From Polynucleobacter meluiroseus (GTDB lineage: Bacteria > Pseudomonadota > Gammaproteobacteria > Burkholderiales > Burkholderiaceae): 41,256 bases of DNA. The stretch is from assembly GCA_945864455.1 (NCBI GenBank), contig CAMBBT010000001.1, forward strand, positions 1-41,256. The letters are read 5' to 3'. The notes beneath the pieces were generated by a model. It made no database searches. It saw only the letters and a list, made by a program, of their open reading frames with translations, and was not told where the DNA came from. The position numbers were made by a program, and so were the translations under genes. Positions 22,441 through 32,845 of this stretch are shown one piece after another. Numbering within the stretch: the stretch's first letter is position 1; the number at the start of each line of letters is the position of its first letter.

Positions 22441-22764
22441 ATGAATTTGAAAATTAATAGCCGCCATCTAGAAGTAACCCCAGCCATGCGCGCGCACCTT
22501 GAGGCCGGAATGGCCAAAATTCGGAAACACTTTGACCATGTCATTGATGCTTCCGCCTTTTTAGTAGTTGATAACGCCAAGGAAAAGGAACTTCGTCAGA
22601 GTGCTGAAATTACCATTCATCTGAAAGGCAAGGAATTATTTGCCGAGGCTCATAATGCCGACCTCTACCATGCGATGGATGCCGTGGTCGACAAGCTAGA
22701 ACGCCAAGTTGTAAAACACAAAGAAAAGATCCAGGATCACCACCACGATAAGCGCTTTGAGTGA
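22441..22764 (+). CDS. hpf: Ribosome hibernation promoting factor (HPF/RaiA, short form)
   Basis: MNLKINSRHLEVTPAMR, DLYHAMDAVVDKLERQVVKHKEK; SD AAGGAG 6 nt before ATG 22441. Confidence 0.95.
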   Translation: MNLKINSRHLEVTPAMRAHLEAGMAKIRKHFDHVIDASAFLVVDNAKEKELRQSAEITIHLKGKELFAEAHNADLYHAMDAVVDKLERQVVKHKEKIQDHHHDKRFE

Positions 22765-22789
22765 TATCTACGGTCAGGACACCTATAAT
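22761..22789 (+). promoter_or_regulatory. Putative internal sigma70 promoter for ptsN
   Basis: GTGATA-N17-TATAAT, 8 nt before ATG 22798. Confidence 0.5.
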
Positions 22790-22797
22790 CAATTCCC

Positions 22798-23259
22798 ATG
22801 AATCCCCTGACTAATCTTTTTACCCCTGACTGTATTGCATTAGATCACCCTGCCGCCAGCAGAGCTGATGCATTTGCAGCGGCCGGAGACCTCTTCTTCA
22901 AACAAGTAGGTATTGATGCAGCCTCCGTCGTGGAGTTTCTCAACGCACGTGAAGATTTAGGATCCACTGCACTTGGTGCGGGCGTTGCAATTCCTCACGG
23001 ACGCGTTAAAGGCCTTAGGCAACCAAGCGGCGCTTTTATAAAACTCAAAAGTCCGATTGATTTCGCCGCGCCTGATGGTGAGCCAGTATCCATTCTAATT
23101 TTTTTATTAGTTCCTGAAAAAGCGACCCAACAACATTTAGAAATTCTGTCTTCTATTGCACAACTACTCTCCAATGCAGATACTCGTCAATTCCTATCGT
23201 CTGCCAGTGATCCAGCTAAGGTATGCAAATTATTACAACAGTGGGACGTAACAAAATGA
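22798..23259 (+). CDS. ptsN: PTS IIA-Ntr
   Basis: [19 protein letters not shown] phospho-His motif, [15 protein letters not shown]. Confidence 0.95.
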   Translation: MNPLTNLFTPDCIALDHPAASRADAFAAAGDLFFKQVGIDAASVVEFLNAREDLGSTALGAGVAIPHGRVKGLRQPSGAFIKLKSPIDFAAPDGEPVSILIFLLVPEKATQQHLEILSSIAQLLSNADTRQFLSSASDPAKVCKLLQQWDVTK

Positions 23260-24242
23260 CACAGCCCTTGCTCCTCGAAGGAGTAACTGCACAGCAGATT
23301 TTTGATGACAACGTTGCAGATCTAAAGCTTTCCTGGATTGGTGGCCTAGAAGGCGCAGATCGTACCTTCCCAGCCGAGGCAGTCAAAGCAGCTGCTGCTA
23401 GCTCAGACTTAGTGGGACACTTAAATCTGATTCACCCAAGTCGTATCCAAATCTTTGGCGAACAAGAGGTTGACTATCATGCAGCGCTTGAGCCTGCACA
23501 AAAACAAGAACAGATCGCCAACTTAATTTCCAAAACACCTCCCTGTGTCATCGTAGCGGATGGCAAAACAGCCGATCCAGATTTACAGCTCTATTGTCAG
23601 CGTACCTCCACCCCCTTATTTACTACCCCCATCTCTGCAGCAGAAGTGATTGATCATTTGCGTATCTACCTCACCAAAATTGGTGCGCCACAAATCACAA
23701 TGCATGGTGTATTTATGGATATCTTAGGCTTAGGCGTATTGCTCACGGGTGAATCAGGCTTAGGTAAAAGTGAATTGGGTCTTGAACTCATTTCTCGAGG
23801 TCATGGCTTAGTAGCAGATGATGCTGTTGATTTTGCCCGTCTTGGACCAGACTATATTGAAGGACGCTGCCCGGTTATCCTGCGCAACTTACTTGAGGTT
23901 CGTGGCTTAGGTCTACTCGATATTCGCACCATCTTTGGTGAAACTGCCGTACGTCGCAAACTCAAGCTTCGCCTCATTGTTCAGCTAGTTCGCAGAACGG
24001 ATGGAGAATTTGAAAGATTGCCTCTTGAAGCTCAGCACATCGATGTTCTAGGAATTCCGGTTCGTACGGTAAAAATTCAGGTTGCCGCAGGGCGTAACTT
24101 AGCAGTATTAGTTGAGGCTGCTGTGCGTAATACGATTTTGCAATTACGTGGTATTGATACCTTAAAAGAATTCATGGAACGTCAACGCATTCAAATGAAT
24201 ACTGAATCTGATTCAGTCAAATCTCAGGGTCGATTACTCTAA
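23256..24242 (+). CDS. hprK: HPr(Ser) kinase/phosphorylase
   Basis: [31 protein letters not shown]; ATGA overlap with ptsN. Confidence 0.97.
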   Translation: MTQPLLLEGVTAQQIFDDNVADLKLSWIGGLEGADRTFPAEAVKAAAASSDLVGHLNLIHPSRIQIFGEQEVDYHAALEPAQKQEQIANLISKTPPCVIVADGKTADPDLQLYCQRTSTPLFTTPISAAEVIDHLRIYLTKIGAPQITMHGVFMDILGLGVLLTGESGLGKSELGLELISRGHGLVADDAVDFARLGPDYIEGRCPVILRNLLEVRGLGLLDIRTIFGETAVRRKLKLRLIVQLVRRTDGEFERLPLEAQHIDVLGIPVRTVKIQVAAGRNLAVLVEAAVRNTILQLRGIDTLKEFMERQRIQMNTESDSVKSQGRLL

Positions 24243-24245
24243 ACC

Positions 24246-25136
24246 ATGCAAATTAATCTGATTACCGGAATCTCTGGCTCAGGTAAATCAGTTGCCTTGA
24301 GGGCTTTTGAGGACGCAGGCTATGACTGCGTAGATAACCTACCGGTCTCCCTCCTTGAGAGCCTGATCATCACCCTTGAAAAAGAAAAGAGTGAACGTGT
24401 AGCAGTTGCAATTGATGCACGTCGCGGTCAATCCATTGCTGACCTACCTTCCATTCTTGAGAGCTTGCGCCGTAATCATCAAGTGAGAATCGTTTTCTTA
24501 AACGCTGATACCAATACCTTGGTACAGCGCTTTTCAGAAACCCGAAGACGCCACCCCTTATCAACTAATGTTCAGCAATCACAATCTGCAACACTAATTG
24601 AAGCAATTGATAAAGAGCGCAACTTGCTCGAACCCCTTCGCGCTCAGGCTCATAGCATTGATACCAGTAACCTGCCTGCACATGCACTGCGGTCTTGGAT
24701 TCAAGATTTGCTCAAAGATAAGCCCCTTGGACTTTCCGTGATTTTTGAATCCTTTGGTTTTAAAAAGGGAGTTCCTAGTGAAGCAGACCTCGTATTTGAT
24801 GTGCGCTGCTTACCCAACCCCTATTACGATAAAGATCTTAAGCCTCTAACTGGGAACGATAAGCCAGTTAAAGAGTTCTTAGAAAAAATCCCCGAGGTAG
24901 TCAATATGGAGCGTGACATTATTCAATTCATTGATAAATGGTTGCCACACTATATTGCAGATGGTCGTAGCTATTTAACAGTGGCGATTGGATGTACTGG
25001 TGGACAACATCGCTCAGTCTACTTAGTCAATCGCATCAGCGAACACTTTCGCACACAAAAAGATTTAATTGCTCTACAGCTTAATTTTTTAGATCGTCAC
25101 CGCGAGCTAGACTCAATCCCTGTAGCAAAATCTTAA
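24246..25136 (+). CDS. rapZ: RNase adapter RapZ
   Basis: TGISGSGKS, VDNLP, RFSETRRRHPL, SFGFK, DVRCLPNP, GCTGGQHRSV. Confidence 0.96.
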   Translation: MQINLITGISGSGKSVALRAFEDAGYDCVDNLPVSLLESLIITLEKEKSERVAVAIDARRGQSIADLPSILESLRRNHQVRIVFLNADTNTLVQRFSETRRRHPLSTNVQQSQSATLIEAIDKERNLLEPLRAQAHSIDTSNLPAHALRSWIQDLLKDKPLGLSVIFESFGFKKGVPSEADLVFDVRCLPNPYYDKDLKPLTGNDKPVKEFLEKIPEVVNMERDIIQFIDKWLPHYIADGRSYLTVAIGCTGGQHRSVYLVNRISEHFRTQKDLIALQLNFLDRHRELDSIPVAKS

Positions 25137-26211
25137 TCGGCTGCGGTAAACCATATCGCCCCAATTGGCCAAGGGGTACCCATTTCAGGTCTTCGCCTAA
25201 AAACTCTATAGTTTTTGCAGATCTTCCTTCCCAAATCTGCATCCATAAACGGCGATGGGTGAAGATATGTTTAATTTGATTACCCTGCTTTAATTCTTTA
25301 ATCGATTTGGCTAGACCAGCGATATTCTCCCGGGGTAAAGTATTAGTCAGCAACTCCTTGAGAGTCGGGGGACCCTTACAAGCTTGTTCAGTTTTTGATC
25401 TCCATCCTGACTCTGGCAAAGACCATAGCCCGCCCCAAATCGCCTTGCTGGGTCGCTTTTGCAAGAGAACAAAATTACCCGATCTGACCAATAACATATC
25501 GCAATCAAACTCTGGGGACTTTGCTTTGATCATCTTTTTGGGCAAAGTAAGAACTTGATCACTTAAGTTTGCCTGGCACTCTTTTGCAAACGGGCATTTT
25601 TTCTCCACACCCATACAGACTGGCTTGCGCGCAGTACACCAAGTGGCCCCAAAATCCATCAAGGCCTGTGTATACACCGGCATATTTTCTGGTTGATTGG
25701 GCAATAAATCATTTGCTAATTGCCATAGGCGATCATTCACTACTTTATCTTGGATCGCACCATCAACGGCAAATAAGCGCGCTAGAATTCTTTTGACATT
25801 GGCATCGAGTATTGGCGCCCTTTCATGAAAGGCAAAAGCTGCAATTGCACCTGCTGTTGATCGCCCAATGCCCTTTAGTTGTTCAAGCAATATTGGATCG
25901 TTCGGAAACTTTCCAGAAAATTCTTGCATGACCTGTTTTGCGCATGCATGCAAGTTTCGAGCGCGCGAGTAATAACCCAAGCCTGCCCATTCAGCCAATA
26001 CTTCATCAATATCAGCTGCCGCTAATTTCTTGACAGTCGGAAAGCGTTTCATAAAACGTGGATAACGCTCCAGAACTGTAGCAACTTGAGTTTGTTGCAG
26101 CATGATTTCAGAAACCCAAACTGCATATGGATCACGATTACCTTGCCATGGCAAACCTGAGCGTCCGCTGACGCTATGCCAAGCAATCAGTTTTTTTGCA
26201 AAAGTACTCAT
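25081..26211 (-). CDS. mutY: A/G-specific adenine glycosylase
   Basis: WVSEIMLQQTQV, WAGLGYYSRARNL, HhH GIGRSTAGAI, Fe-S motif C-x6-C...C-x5-C; start placed at the TAATG overlap with the mutM stop. Confidence 0.96.
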   Translation of the reverse strand: MSTFAKKLIAWHSVSGRSGLPWQGNRDPYAVWVSEIMLQQTQVATVLERYPRFMKRFPTVKKLAAADIDEVLAEWAGLGYYSRARNLHACAKQVMQEFSGKFPNDPILLEQLKGIGRSTAGAIAAFAFHERAPILDANVKRILARLFAVDGAIQDKVVNDRLWQLANDLLPNQPENMPVYTQALMDFGATWCTARKPVCMGVEKKCPFAKECQANLSDQVLTLPKKMIKAKSPEFDCDMLLVRSGNFVLLQKRPSKAIWGGLWSLPESGWRSKTEQACKGPPTLKELLTNTLPRENIAGLAKSIKELKQGNQIKHIFTHRRLWMQIWEGRSAKTIEFLGEDLKWVPLGQLGRYGLPQPIKILLQGLSLARGDDLKN

Positions 26212-27047
26212 TACCGTTTTTGGCATTGGGGACAGAAATAGGTAGAGCGTTGCCCCTGGACGATTTGTACAATCGGCGCTTTACAAACCTTACACGGCAG
26301 GCCTTTACGGTCATAAACCTTGGTTTGCACCATGAAGTAGCCGGGATCGCCTTCACTATTGACAAAATCTTTCAGGCTACTACCGCCAGCAGCTATCGCT
26401 TTTTTCAGAATGAGTCTGACTGCATTTGCTAAGCGAGCACATTGGGGTTTACTCAACTTACCGGCGGCTTTTGTAGGATGAATGCCAGCCTCAAATAAAC
26501 TTTCTGAGCAATAAATATTACCGACACCCACTACGGCTTGACCGGCCAGTAAAAATTGCTTCACCGCTACACTGCGTTTGCGTGAGGCTTTATATAGAAC
26601 ATCGGCACCAAGCTGAGCTGAGAACTCAGGCGAAAAAGGCTCAACCCCTAACTTTTGTAAAAGGGTATTTTTCTCAACCGGGCCTTTCTTATTGGCGTGC
26701 CATAAAACTGCGCCAAATTTTCTGGGGTCGTGCAATCGTAGACTCAGCTTGCCAAATTCAAAAGTGACTCGATCGTGGGGCTTCAAAGAATCGGTGCTTG
26801 GCAGAATCCGCAAGGTTCCAGTCATACCCAAATGAATGAGCAGGTAACCCGTATCCATTTGAAGCAATAAATACTTCCCACGCCTGGTTATTGAGTGCAC
26901 CTTTTGGCCGGGCAGCATCCTTGGCAAATTCCTCGGCACGGGCCAGCGCAAGCGCCCATCCACTACTTTGACGGCACTTACCTTCTGCCCCTCAAGGTGG
27001 GGGGCAATTCCTAATCTAGTGACTTCTACTTCCGGAAGTTCTGGCAT
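26211..27047 (-). CDS. mutM: Formamidopyrimidine-DNA glycosylase
   Basis: N-terminal PELPEVE, RRGKYL, HLGMTG, GVGNIY, C-terminal zinc finger CKVC...CPQCQ. Confidence 0.98.
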   Translation of the reverse strand: MPELPEVEVTRLGIAPHLEGQKVSAVKVVDGRLRWPVPRNLPRMLPGQKVHSITRRGKYLLLQMDTGYLLIHLGMTGTLRILPSTDSLKPHDRVTFEFGKLSLRLHDPRKFGAVLWHANKKGPVEKNTLLQKLGVEPFSPEFSAQLGADVLYKASRKRSVAVKQFLLAGQAVVGVGNIYCSESLFEAGIHPTKAAGKLSKPQCARLANAVRLILKKAIAAGGSSLKDFVNSEGDPGYFMVQTKVYDRKGLPCKVCKAPIVQIVQGQRSTYFCPQCQKR

Positions 27048-27053
27048 GAATGG

Positions 27054-27076
27054 ATTGTAGATTCGCAGATTAGAAT
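27054..27076. promoter_or_regulatory. Putative back-to-back -10 boxes for mutM (-, TACAAT) and TPR-lolB (+, TAGAAT)
   Basis: Each hexamer lies exactly 6 nt before its ATG (27047 and 27083); no SD. Confidence 0.55.
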
Positions 27077-27082
27077 GTGCTT

Positions 27083-28570
27083 ATGAGTAAATTTATACGC
27101 AAGCCCTTTTTACAGGGTTTATTCCTTTTAGCCGCATCTAGCGGGCTAGTCTTTTCTAGCCAAGCCCAAGCTCAAATGGATGGCCTAAAGACTGGCGAAG
27201 GGGTATTTGAAGTGCTTGCCTCAGAGATTGCCCTGCAAAGAGGCGAGGCTGGGCTCGCTTACAGCACCTATCTGGAAATGGCTCGTCAGTACAAAGACCC
27301 TCGTCTCGCTCAAAGAGCGATGGAAATCGCTATTGGTGGAGGCTCCCCTGATTTAGCGCTTCAGGCTGTAAAAACTTGGGATGAACTATCTCCCCGCTCT
27401 GAAACTAAACCCAAGGAAGTACTCATTACTCTCCTCGTTTTGAGTAATCGCTGGTCTGATACGGTTAAACCAGCGATTTCTTTACTACGACAACAAACTC
27501 CTGCGCAACAAGAAAATACTTTATTGCAACTACAAGCCTTACTTGCTAAGGCAAAAGATGAAACTGAGGCTTTGCGTGCCTTCTACGAGATTGCATCAAC
27601 TGTGAAGCTGCTGCCAAAAGATCCTAGCCTGCTTTACACCTATGCGCTATCCGCAGAAAAAATAGGGCGCATTGATGTGATGGAAAAAACTTTGCGTGAG
27701 ATTTTACGTAAAGATCCAAACAATACCAACTCTCTGAATGCCCTGGGTTACTCTTTAGCTGATCGCAACATCAAACTTCTTGAGGCGTTTGCGCTCATTA
27801 GTAAAGCACATCAGCTATCGCCAAAAGATGCCTTCATTTTAGATAGCTTGGGCTGGGTAAACTTTAGGCTTGGTCAAAATACTTTGGCATTAGAACAACT
27901 GCAGCAGGCATTCATGATGAGGCCTGAGGCTGATATTGCCGCCCATACTGGCGAAGTCTTATGGGTCATGAATCGTCGACCTGAGGCTGAAGAGATGTGG
28001 ATCAAAGGACAAAAATTAGACGCTAATAATTCGACCCTCAAAGAAACTATAAAACGCTTCAAACCAGACTGGTCTGCCCCAGAAAAAGCTGCTCAGGGTT
28101 CATGGGATGGCCGTTTCGCGGTCAAAGTCATTGGCATTACTGACTCACAAAATCAAGGTGGCTCAGGTGGCTTTACTCTGACTCAAGATGCACTCAAAGA
28201 CATCTTAGAAATTCGGAGTCCTGTTGGTGGCTCTATTGCCAAAATTACGATTAATCCTGGCGAAGCAACTCTAGAGCGCGATGGTCAAGTCGTCACTGCA
28301 ATTGATGCAGACACATTAATACAAAACACTCTAGGCTTACCTTTGCCTGCGCGCGGCCTATCAAATTGGCTCAGGGGTGAGGTGAGACCAGGGGGTGAAG
28401 CGAGCATCGAAAGAAATACCAATGGGCAAGTAAGCAAAATTAATCAGGATGGCTGGGAATTGGCTTACACCTGGGGCAAGAACATGCGCCTAGATAAACT
28501 CACGATGACGCGTAGCTCTAATGTTGGGTCGATTGATATTCGTTTGGTTTTTGACCACCCAAATGAGTAA
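27083..28570 (+). CDS. lolB: TPR-repeat / LolB fusion protein with cleavable (non-lipoprotein) signal peptide
   Basis: Signal peptide ending AQA; TPR motifs (LNALGYSLADRN, ILDSLGWV.FRLG, IAAH.GEVLW); C-terminal LolB motifs GRFAV, SPVG, LGLPLP..L..WLRG, QDGW; directly precedes ispE. Confidence 0.85.
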   Translation: MSKFIRKPFLQGLFLLAASSGLVFSSQAQAQMDGLKTGEGVFEVLASEIALQRGEAGLAYSTYLEMARQYKDPRLAQRAMEIAIGGGSPDLALQAVKTWDELSPRSETKPKEVLITLLVLSNRWSDTVKPAISLLRQQTPAQQENTLLQLQALLAKAKDETEALRAFYEIASTVKLLPKDPSLLYTYALSAEKIGRIDVMEKTLREILRKDPNNTNSLNALGYSLADRNIKLLEAFALISKAHQLSPKDAFILDSLGWVNFRLGQNTLALEQLQQAFMMRPEADIAAHTGEVLWVMNRRPEAEEMWIKGQKLDANNSTLKETIKRFKPDWSAPEKAAQGSWDGRFAVKVIGITDSQNQGGSGGFTLTQDALKDILEIRSPVGGSIAKITINPGEATLERDGQVVTAIDADTLIQNTLGLPLPARGLSNWLRGEVRPGGEASIERNTNGQVSKINQDGWELAYTWGKNMRLDKLTMTRSSNVGSIDIRLVFDHPNE

Positions 28571-29438
28571 GTCGACCTTGATGCTGCGCTCACCAGCAAA
28601 GCTCAATCTTTTTCTGCATATCGTTGGGCGCCGAACGGATGGCTATCACCTACTTCAATCTGTTTTTCAACTGATTGATTGGTGCGATATCGTCACTTTA
28701 AAAGCAATCTCGGAAAATGAAGTACGCCGGATAAACCCATTACCCGGCGTATCACTGGAACAAGATTTAGTTGTGCGCGCTGCAAGATTATTAAAAGATT
28801 TTTGCAAGTTTGAGGGCGGGGTTGAAATCAGTCTTCAAAAAGAAATTCCGATGGGTGCTGGTTTAGGCGGTGGATCTTCTGATGCAGCAAGCACCTTGAT
28901 CGGACTTAATGCGCTCTGGAATCTCAAATTGGACAAAGCAGCTTTAGCAAATTTAGGCTTGCAACTGGGTGCAGATGTACCATTTTTCATCTATGGTCAA
29001 AATGCTTTTGTAGAAGGAATCGGCGAAAAACTTCAAGGAATTGAGCTCGAAAAGCGTGATTTTTTGGTTATTTTTCCCCACGAAGGAATCACCACTGCAA
29101 GCATTTTTCAAGCCCCAGAATTGACCCGAGATCACGCTCAGATTACAATGGACAGTTTTCTTGCGTCGCCATGGTCGGACTTATCAAACGATTGTCAGGT
29201 TGTAGCGATGCGGATTTGTCCTGAAGTGAAGCAAGCCTTGGATTGGATTAGCCACGCAGTACCGGGCTCAAAGCCCCGTATGTCGGGCTCTGGAAGTAGC
29301 GTTTTTGCCGTCTTAGACCATAAGACCAATCCCGCAAAACTAGAAAATCTTTTACAAACTCTTCCAGAGGGGTGGGTAGGTCGGATTGTTAGGGGCTTAA
29401 ATAAAAATCCCGCTTACAATTTGATCTCTTCAGAATGA
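28563..29438 (+). CDS. ispE: 4-diphosphocytidyl-2-C-methyl-D-erythritol kinase
   Basis: PAKLNLFLHIVGRR.DGYH, PMGAGLGGGSSDAA, LGADVPFF, MSGSGSSVF; start placed at ATG 28563. Confidence 0.97.
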   Translation: MSKSTLMLRSPAKLNLFLHIVGRRTDGYHLLQSVFQLIDWCDIVTLKAISENEVRRINPLPGVSLEQDLVVRAARLLKDFCKFEGGVEISLQKEIPMGAGLGGGSSDAASTLIGLNALWNLKLDKAALANLGLQLGADVPFFIYGQNAFVEGIGEKLQGIELEKRDFLVIFPHEGITTASIFQAPELTRDHAQITMDSFLASPWSDLSNDCQVVAMRICPEVKQALDWISHAVPGSKPRMSGSGSSVFAVLDHKTNPAKLENLLQTLPEGWVGRIVRGLNKNPAYNLISSE

Positions 29439-29443
29439 GCTGT

Positions 29444-29520
29444 AGGGGAATCGCCAAGCTGGTTAAGGCACTGGATTTTGATTCCAGCATGCGAAGGTTC
29501 GAATCCTTCTTCCCCTGCCA
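29444..29520 (+). tRNA. tRNA-Gln (anticodon TTG)
   Basis: Cloverleaf: acceptor AGGGGAA/TTCCCCT, D arm GCC/GGC, anticodon arm CTGGA-TTTTGAT-TCCAG, T arm GAAGG-TTCGAAT-CCTTC, G discriminator, encoded CCA. Confidence 0.97.
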
Positions 29521-29574
29521 AATACTGTAGAAAAGATAAAGATAACCTTTTGACCCGACAAAGCCCTTGACCCT

Positions 29575-30543
29575 ATGACAGCCCCCACCCACTCAGATTT
29601 ACTGACCATATTCACAGGCAACGCAAATCCCATTTTGGCGGAAGCGGTTGCCAAAGAACTCAAGATCACAATGGGCAAAGCTTTCGTGGGCCGTTTCTCA
29701 GATGGTGAGATTCAAGTTGAGATTCAAGAAAATGTTCGAGGTAAAAATGTTGTCGTGATTCAATCTACCTGCGCTCCAACGAACGATAACTTAATGGAGC
29801 TCATGATCATGATTGATGCCCTAAAGCGTGCGTCAGCTGGTCGTATCACCGCCGTGATTCCTTACTTTGGCTATGCCCGCCAAGACCGCCGCCCACGCTC
29901 TGCTAGGGTTGCAATCTCGGCACGAATTATTGCCAATATGCTGCAGTCCGTTGCTGGTATTGAGCGCGTGCTCACCATGGATCTCCATGCCGATCAAATC
30001 CAAGGTTTCTTTGATATTCCAGTAGACAATATTTATGCCTCACCAGTACTCTTGGCTGACCTAGAGGCTCAAAAGACTCAAAAAGATCTCATCATCGTCT
30101 CTCCAGATATTGGCGGTGTCGTTCGCGCTCGCGCAATGGCCAAACAACTAGGCACTGATTTAGCGATTATTGATAAACGCCGCCCTAAGGCAAACGTTTC
30201 TGAAGTAATGCATCTGATTGGTGAAGTTGAAGGTCGCCATTGCGTCATCATGGATGACATCATTGATACCGGTGGAACCCTCTGTAAAGCCGCTGAAGCG
30301 CTTAAAGAGCGCGGCGCTAAGGGTGTTACTGCCTACTGTACTCATGCGGTCCTATCGGGTGGTGCGGTCGCCCGTATAGCCGCCTCTCAGCTCGATGAAT
30401 TAGTTGTAACCGACACCATTCCATTGACCCCCGAAGCCATGAAAGTGGCCAAAATTCGTCAATTGACAGTAGCCCCCCTCCTGGCCGAAACTCTTTCCCG
30501 CATTAGCAAGGGCGACTCAGTCATGTCGATGTTTGCCGAATAG
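29575..30543 (+). CDS. prs: Ribose-phosphate pyrophosphokinase
   Basis: [44 protein letters not shown]. Confidence 0.98.
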   Translation: MTAPTHSDLLTIFTGNANPILAEAVAKELKITMGKAFVGRFSDGEIQVEIQENVRGKNVVVIQSTCAPTNDNLMELMIMIDALKRASAGRITAVIPYFGYARQDRRPRSARVAISARIIANMLQSVAGIERVLTMDLHADQIQGFFDIPVDNIYASPVLLADLEAQKTQKDLIIVSPDIGGVVRARAMAKQLGTDLAIIDKRRPKANVSEVMHLIGEVEGRHCVIMDDIIDTGGTLCKAAEALKERGAKGVTAYCTHAVLSGGAVARIAASQLDELVVTDTIPLTPEAMKVAKIRQLTVAPLLAETLSRISKGDSVMSMFAE

Positions 30544-30617
30544 GCCAAAAATCCCTGTTTTACCGCGTTTTTTGGCAATTTTGAAGCGTTTGTAGGCAAA
30601 AACTCCCTTTCCCACGA

Positions 30618-30655
30618 TATAATCGAAGGCTTTTCTGTTTGGTCGCGAACAGAAA
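30618..30655 (+). promoter_or_regulatory. rplY -10 box (TATAAT) and 5' leader hairpin with GGTCGC loop (L25 leader-like)
   Basis: TATAAT 30618-30623; TTTCTGTT-TGGTCGCG-AACAGAAA perfect 8-bp stem at 30632-30655. Confidence 0.65.
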
Positions 30656-30679
30656 TTAACCTTAACTAGGGAATTTAAT

Positions 30680-31345
30680 ATGAAAGTAGTAGCCTTTGAA
30701 AGAAGCGTACAGGGAACGGGTGCGAGCCGCCGTCTGCGCAATTCCGGAAAAACTCCGGGAATCGTTTACGGTAGTAAAGATGCAGCCGCTGTTATCGAGT
30801 TAGACCACAACGCACTGTTTCATGCTCTTCGTAAAGAAGCATTTCACTCATCTATTTTGGATTTGGAAATCGGCGGAAAAACACAAAAAGTGTTGTTGCG
30901 TGATTACCAAATGCATCCATTTAAGCCATTGGTATTGCACATTGACTTTCAGCGCGTATCTGCGACTGAAAAAGTTCATATGCGCGTTCCATTGCACTTC
31001 ACCAACGCTGAGAGCTCAAATGCCGTGAAATTGCAAGGCGCCGTTATTAGCCACATCCTCAATGATCTGGAAATTTCTTGCTTGCCAGCAGACTTGCCAG
31101 GCTTCCTTGAAGTGGACTTGAGCAAAATTGAATTAGGTCACTCCATTCATGCTAAAGATGTTGTATTACCAAAAGGCGTTAGCTTGATATTGCACGTTGA
31201 GCAAGAGAACCCAGTGATTGCAAACGCACGTATTCCAACCGTTAAAGCTGCTGAGGTCGAAGAAGTTGCTCCTGTAGCCGCTCCAGCCGCTGATGCTGCT
31301 GCTGCAGCTCCTGCTCCAGCCGCTAAGGACAAAGATAAGTCTTAA
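30680..31345 (+). CDS. rplY: 50S ribosomal protein bL25 (long Ctc form)
   Basis: [22 protein letters not shown]...HIDFQRV, Ctc C-terminal domain, Ala/Pro tail. Confidence 0.97.
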   Translation: MKVVAFERSVQGTGASRRLRNSGKTPGIVYGSKDAAAVIELDHNALFHALRKEAFHSSILDLEIGGKTQKVLLRDYQMHPFKPLVLHIDFQRVSATEKVHMRVPLHFTNAESSNAVKLQGAVISHILNDLEISCLPADLPGFLEVDLSKIELGHSIHAKDVVLPKGVSLILHVEQENPVIANARIPTVKAAEVEEVAPVAAPAADAAAAAPAPAAKDKDKS

Positions 31346-31372
31346 TTCGCTTAAGCTGTACTCCTTGCATTC

Positions 31373-31402
31373 AGAAGGCCCGCGTAAGCGGGCTTTCTTT
31401 TT
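31373..31402 (+). terminator. Intrinsic terminator after rplY
   Basis: AGAAGGCCCGC-GTAA-GCGGGCTTTCT-TTTT; GNRA loop and U-rich tail. Confidence 0.88.
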
Positions 31403-31407
31403 ATCTT

Positions 31408-31436
31408 TTGTAGAAAAGTCTTTAAGACTTTAAACT
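31408..31436 (+). promoter_or_regulatory. Putative sigma70 promoter of pth (leaderless geometry)
   Basis: TTGTAG-N17-TAAACT-N6-ATG, immediately after the rplY terminator; no SD. Confidence 0.6.
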
Positions 31437-31442
31437 CCCACC

Positions 31443-32305
<863 letters not shown>

Positions 32306-32311
32306 CTAACC

Positions 32312-32824
<513 letters not shown>

Positions 32825-32845
32825 TTATCAGCTACAGGTATGAGT

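Noticed and set aside
29444-29574. tRNA-Gln as an integration site for an island
   Set aside because: No integrase, no duplicated tRNA 3' end seen, and the ispE-tRNA-prs order is intact
30544-30576. GCCAAAAA...TTTTTGGC inverted repeat after prs as a terminator
   Set aside because: AT-rich stem, large loop and no proper U tract after the stem
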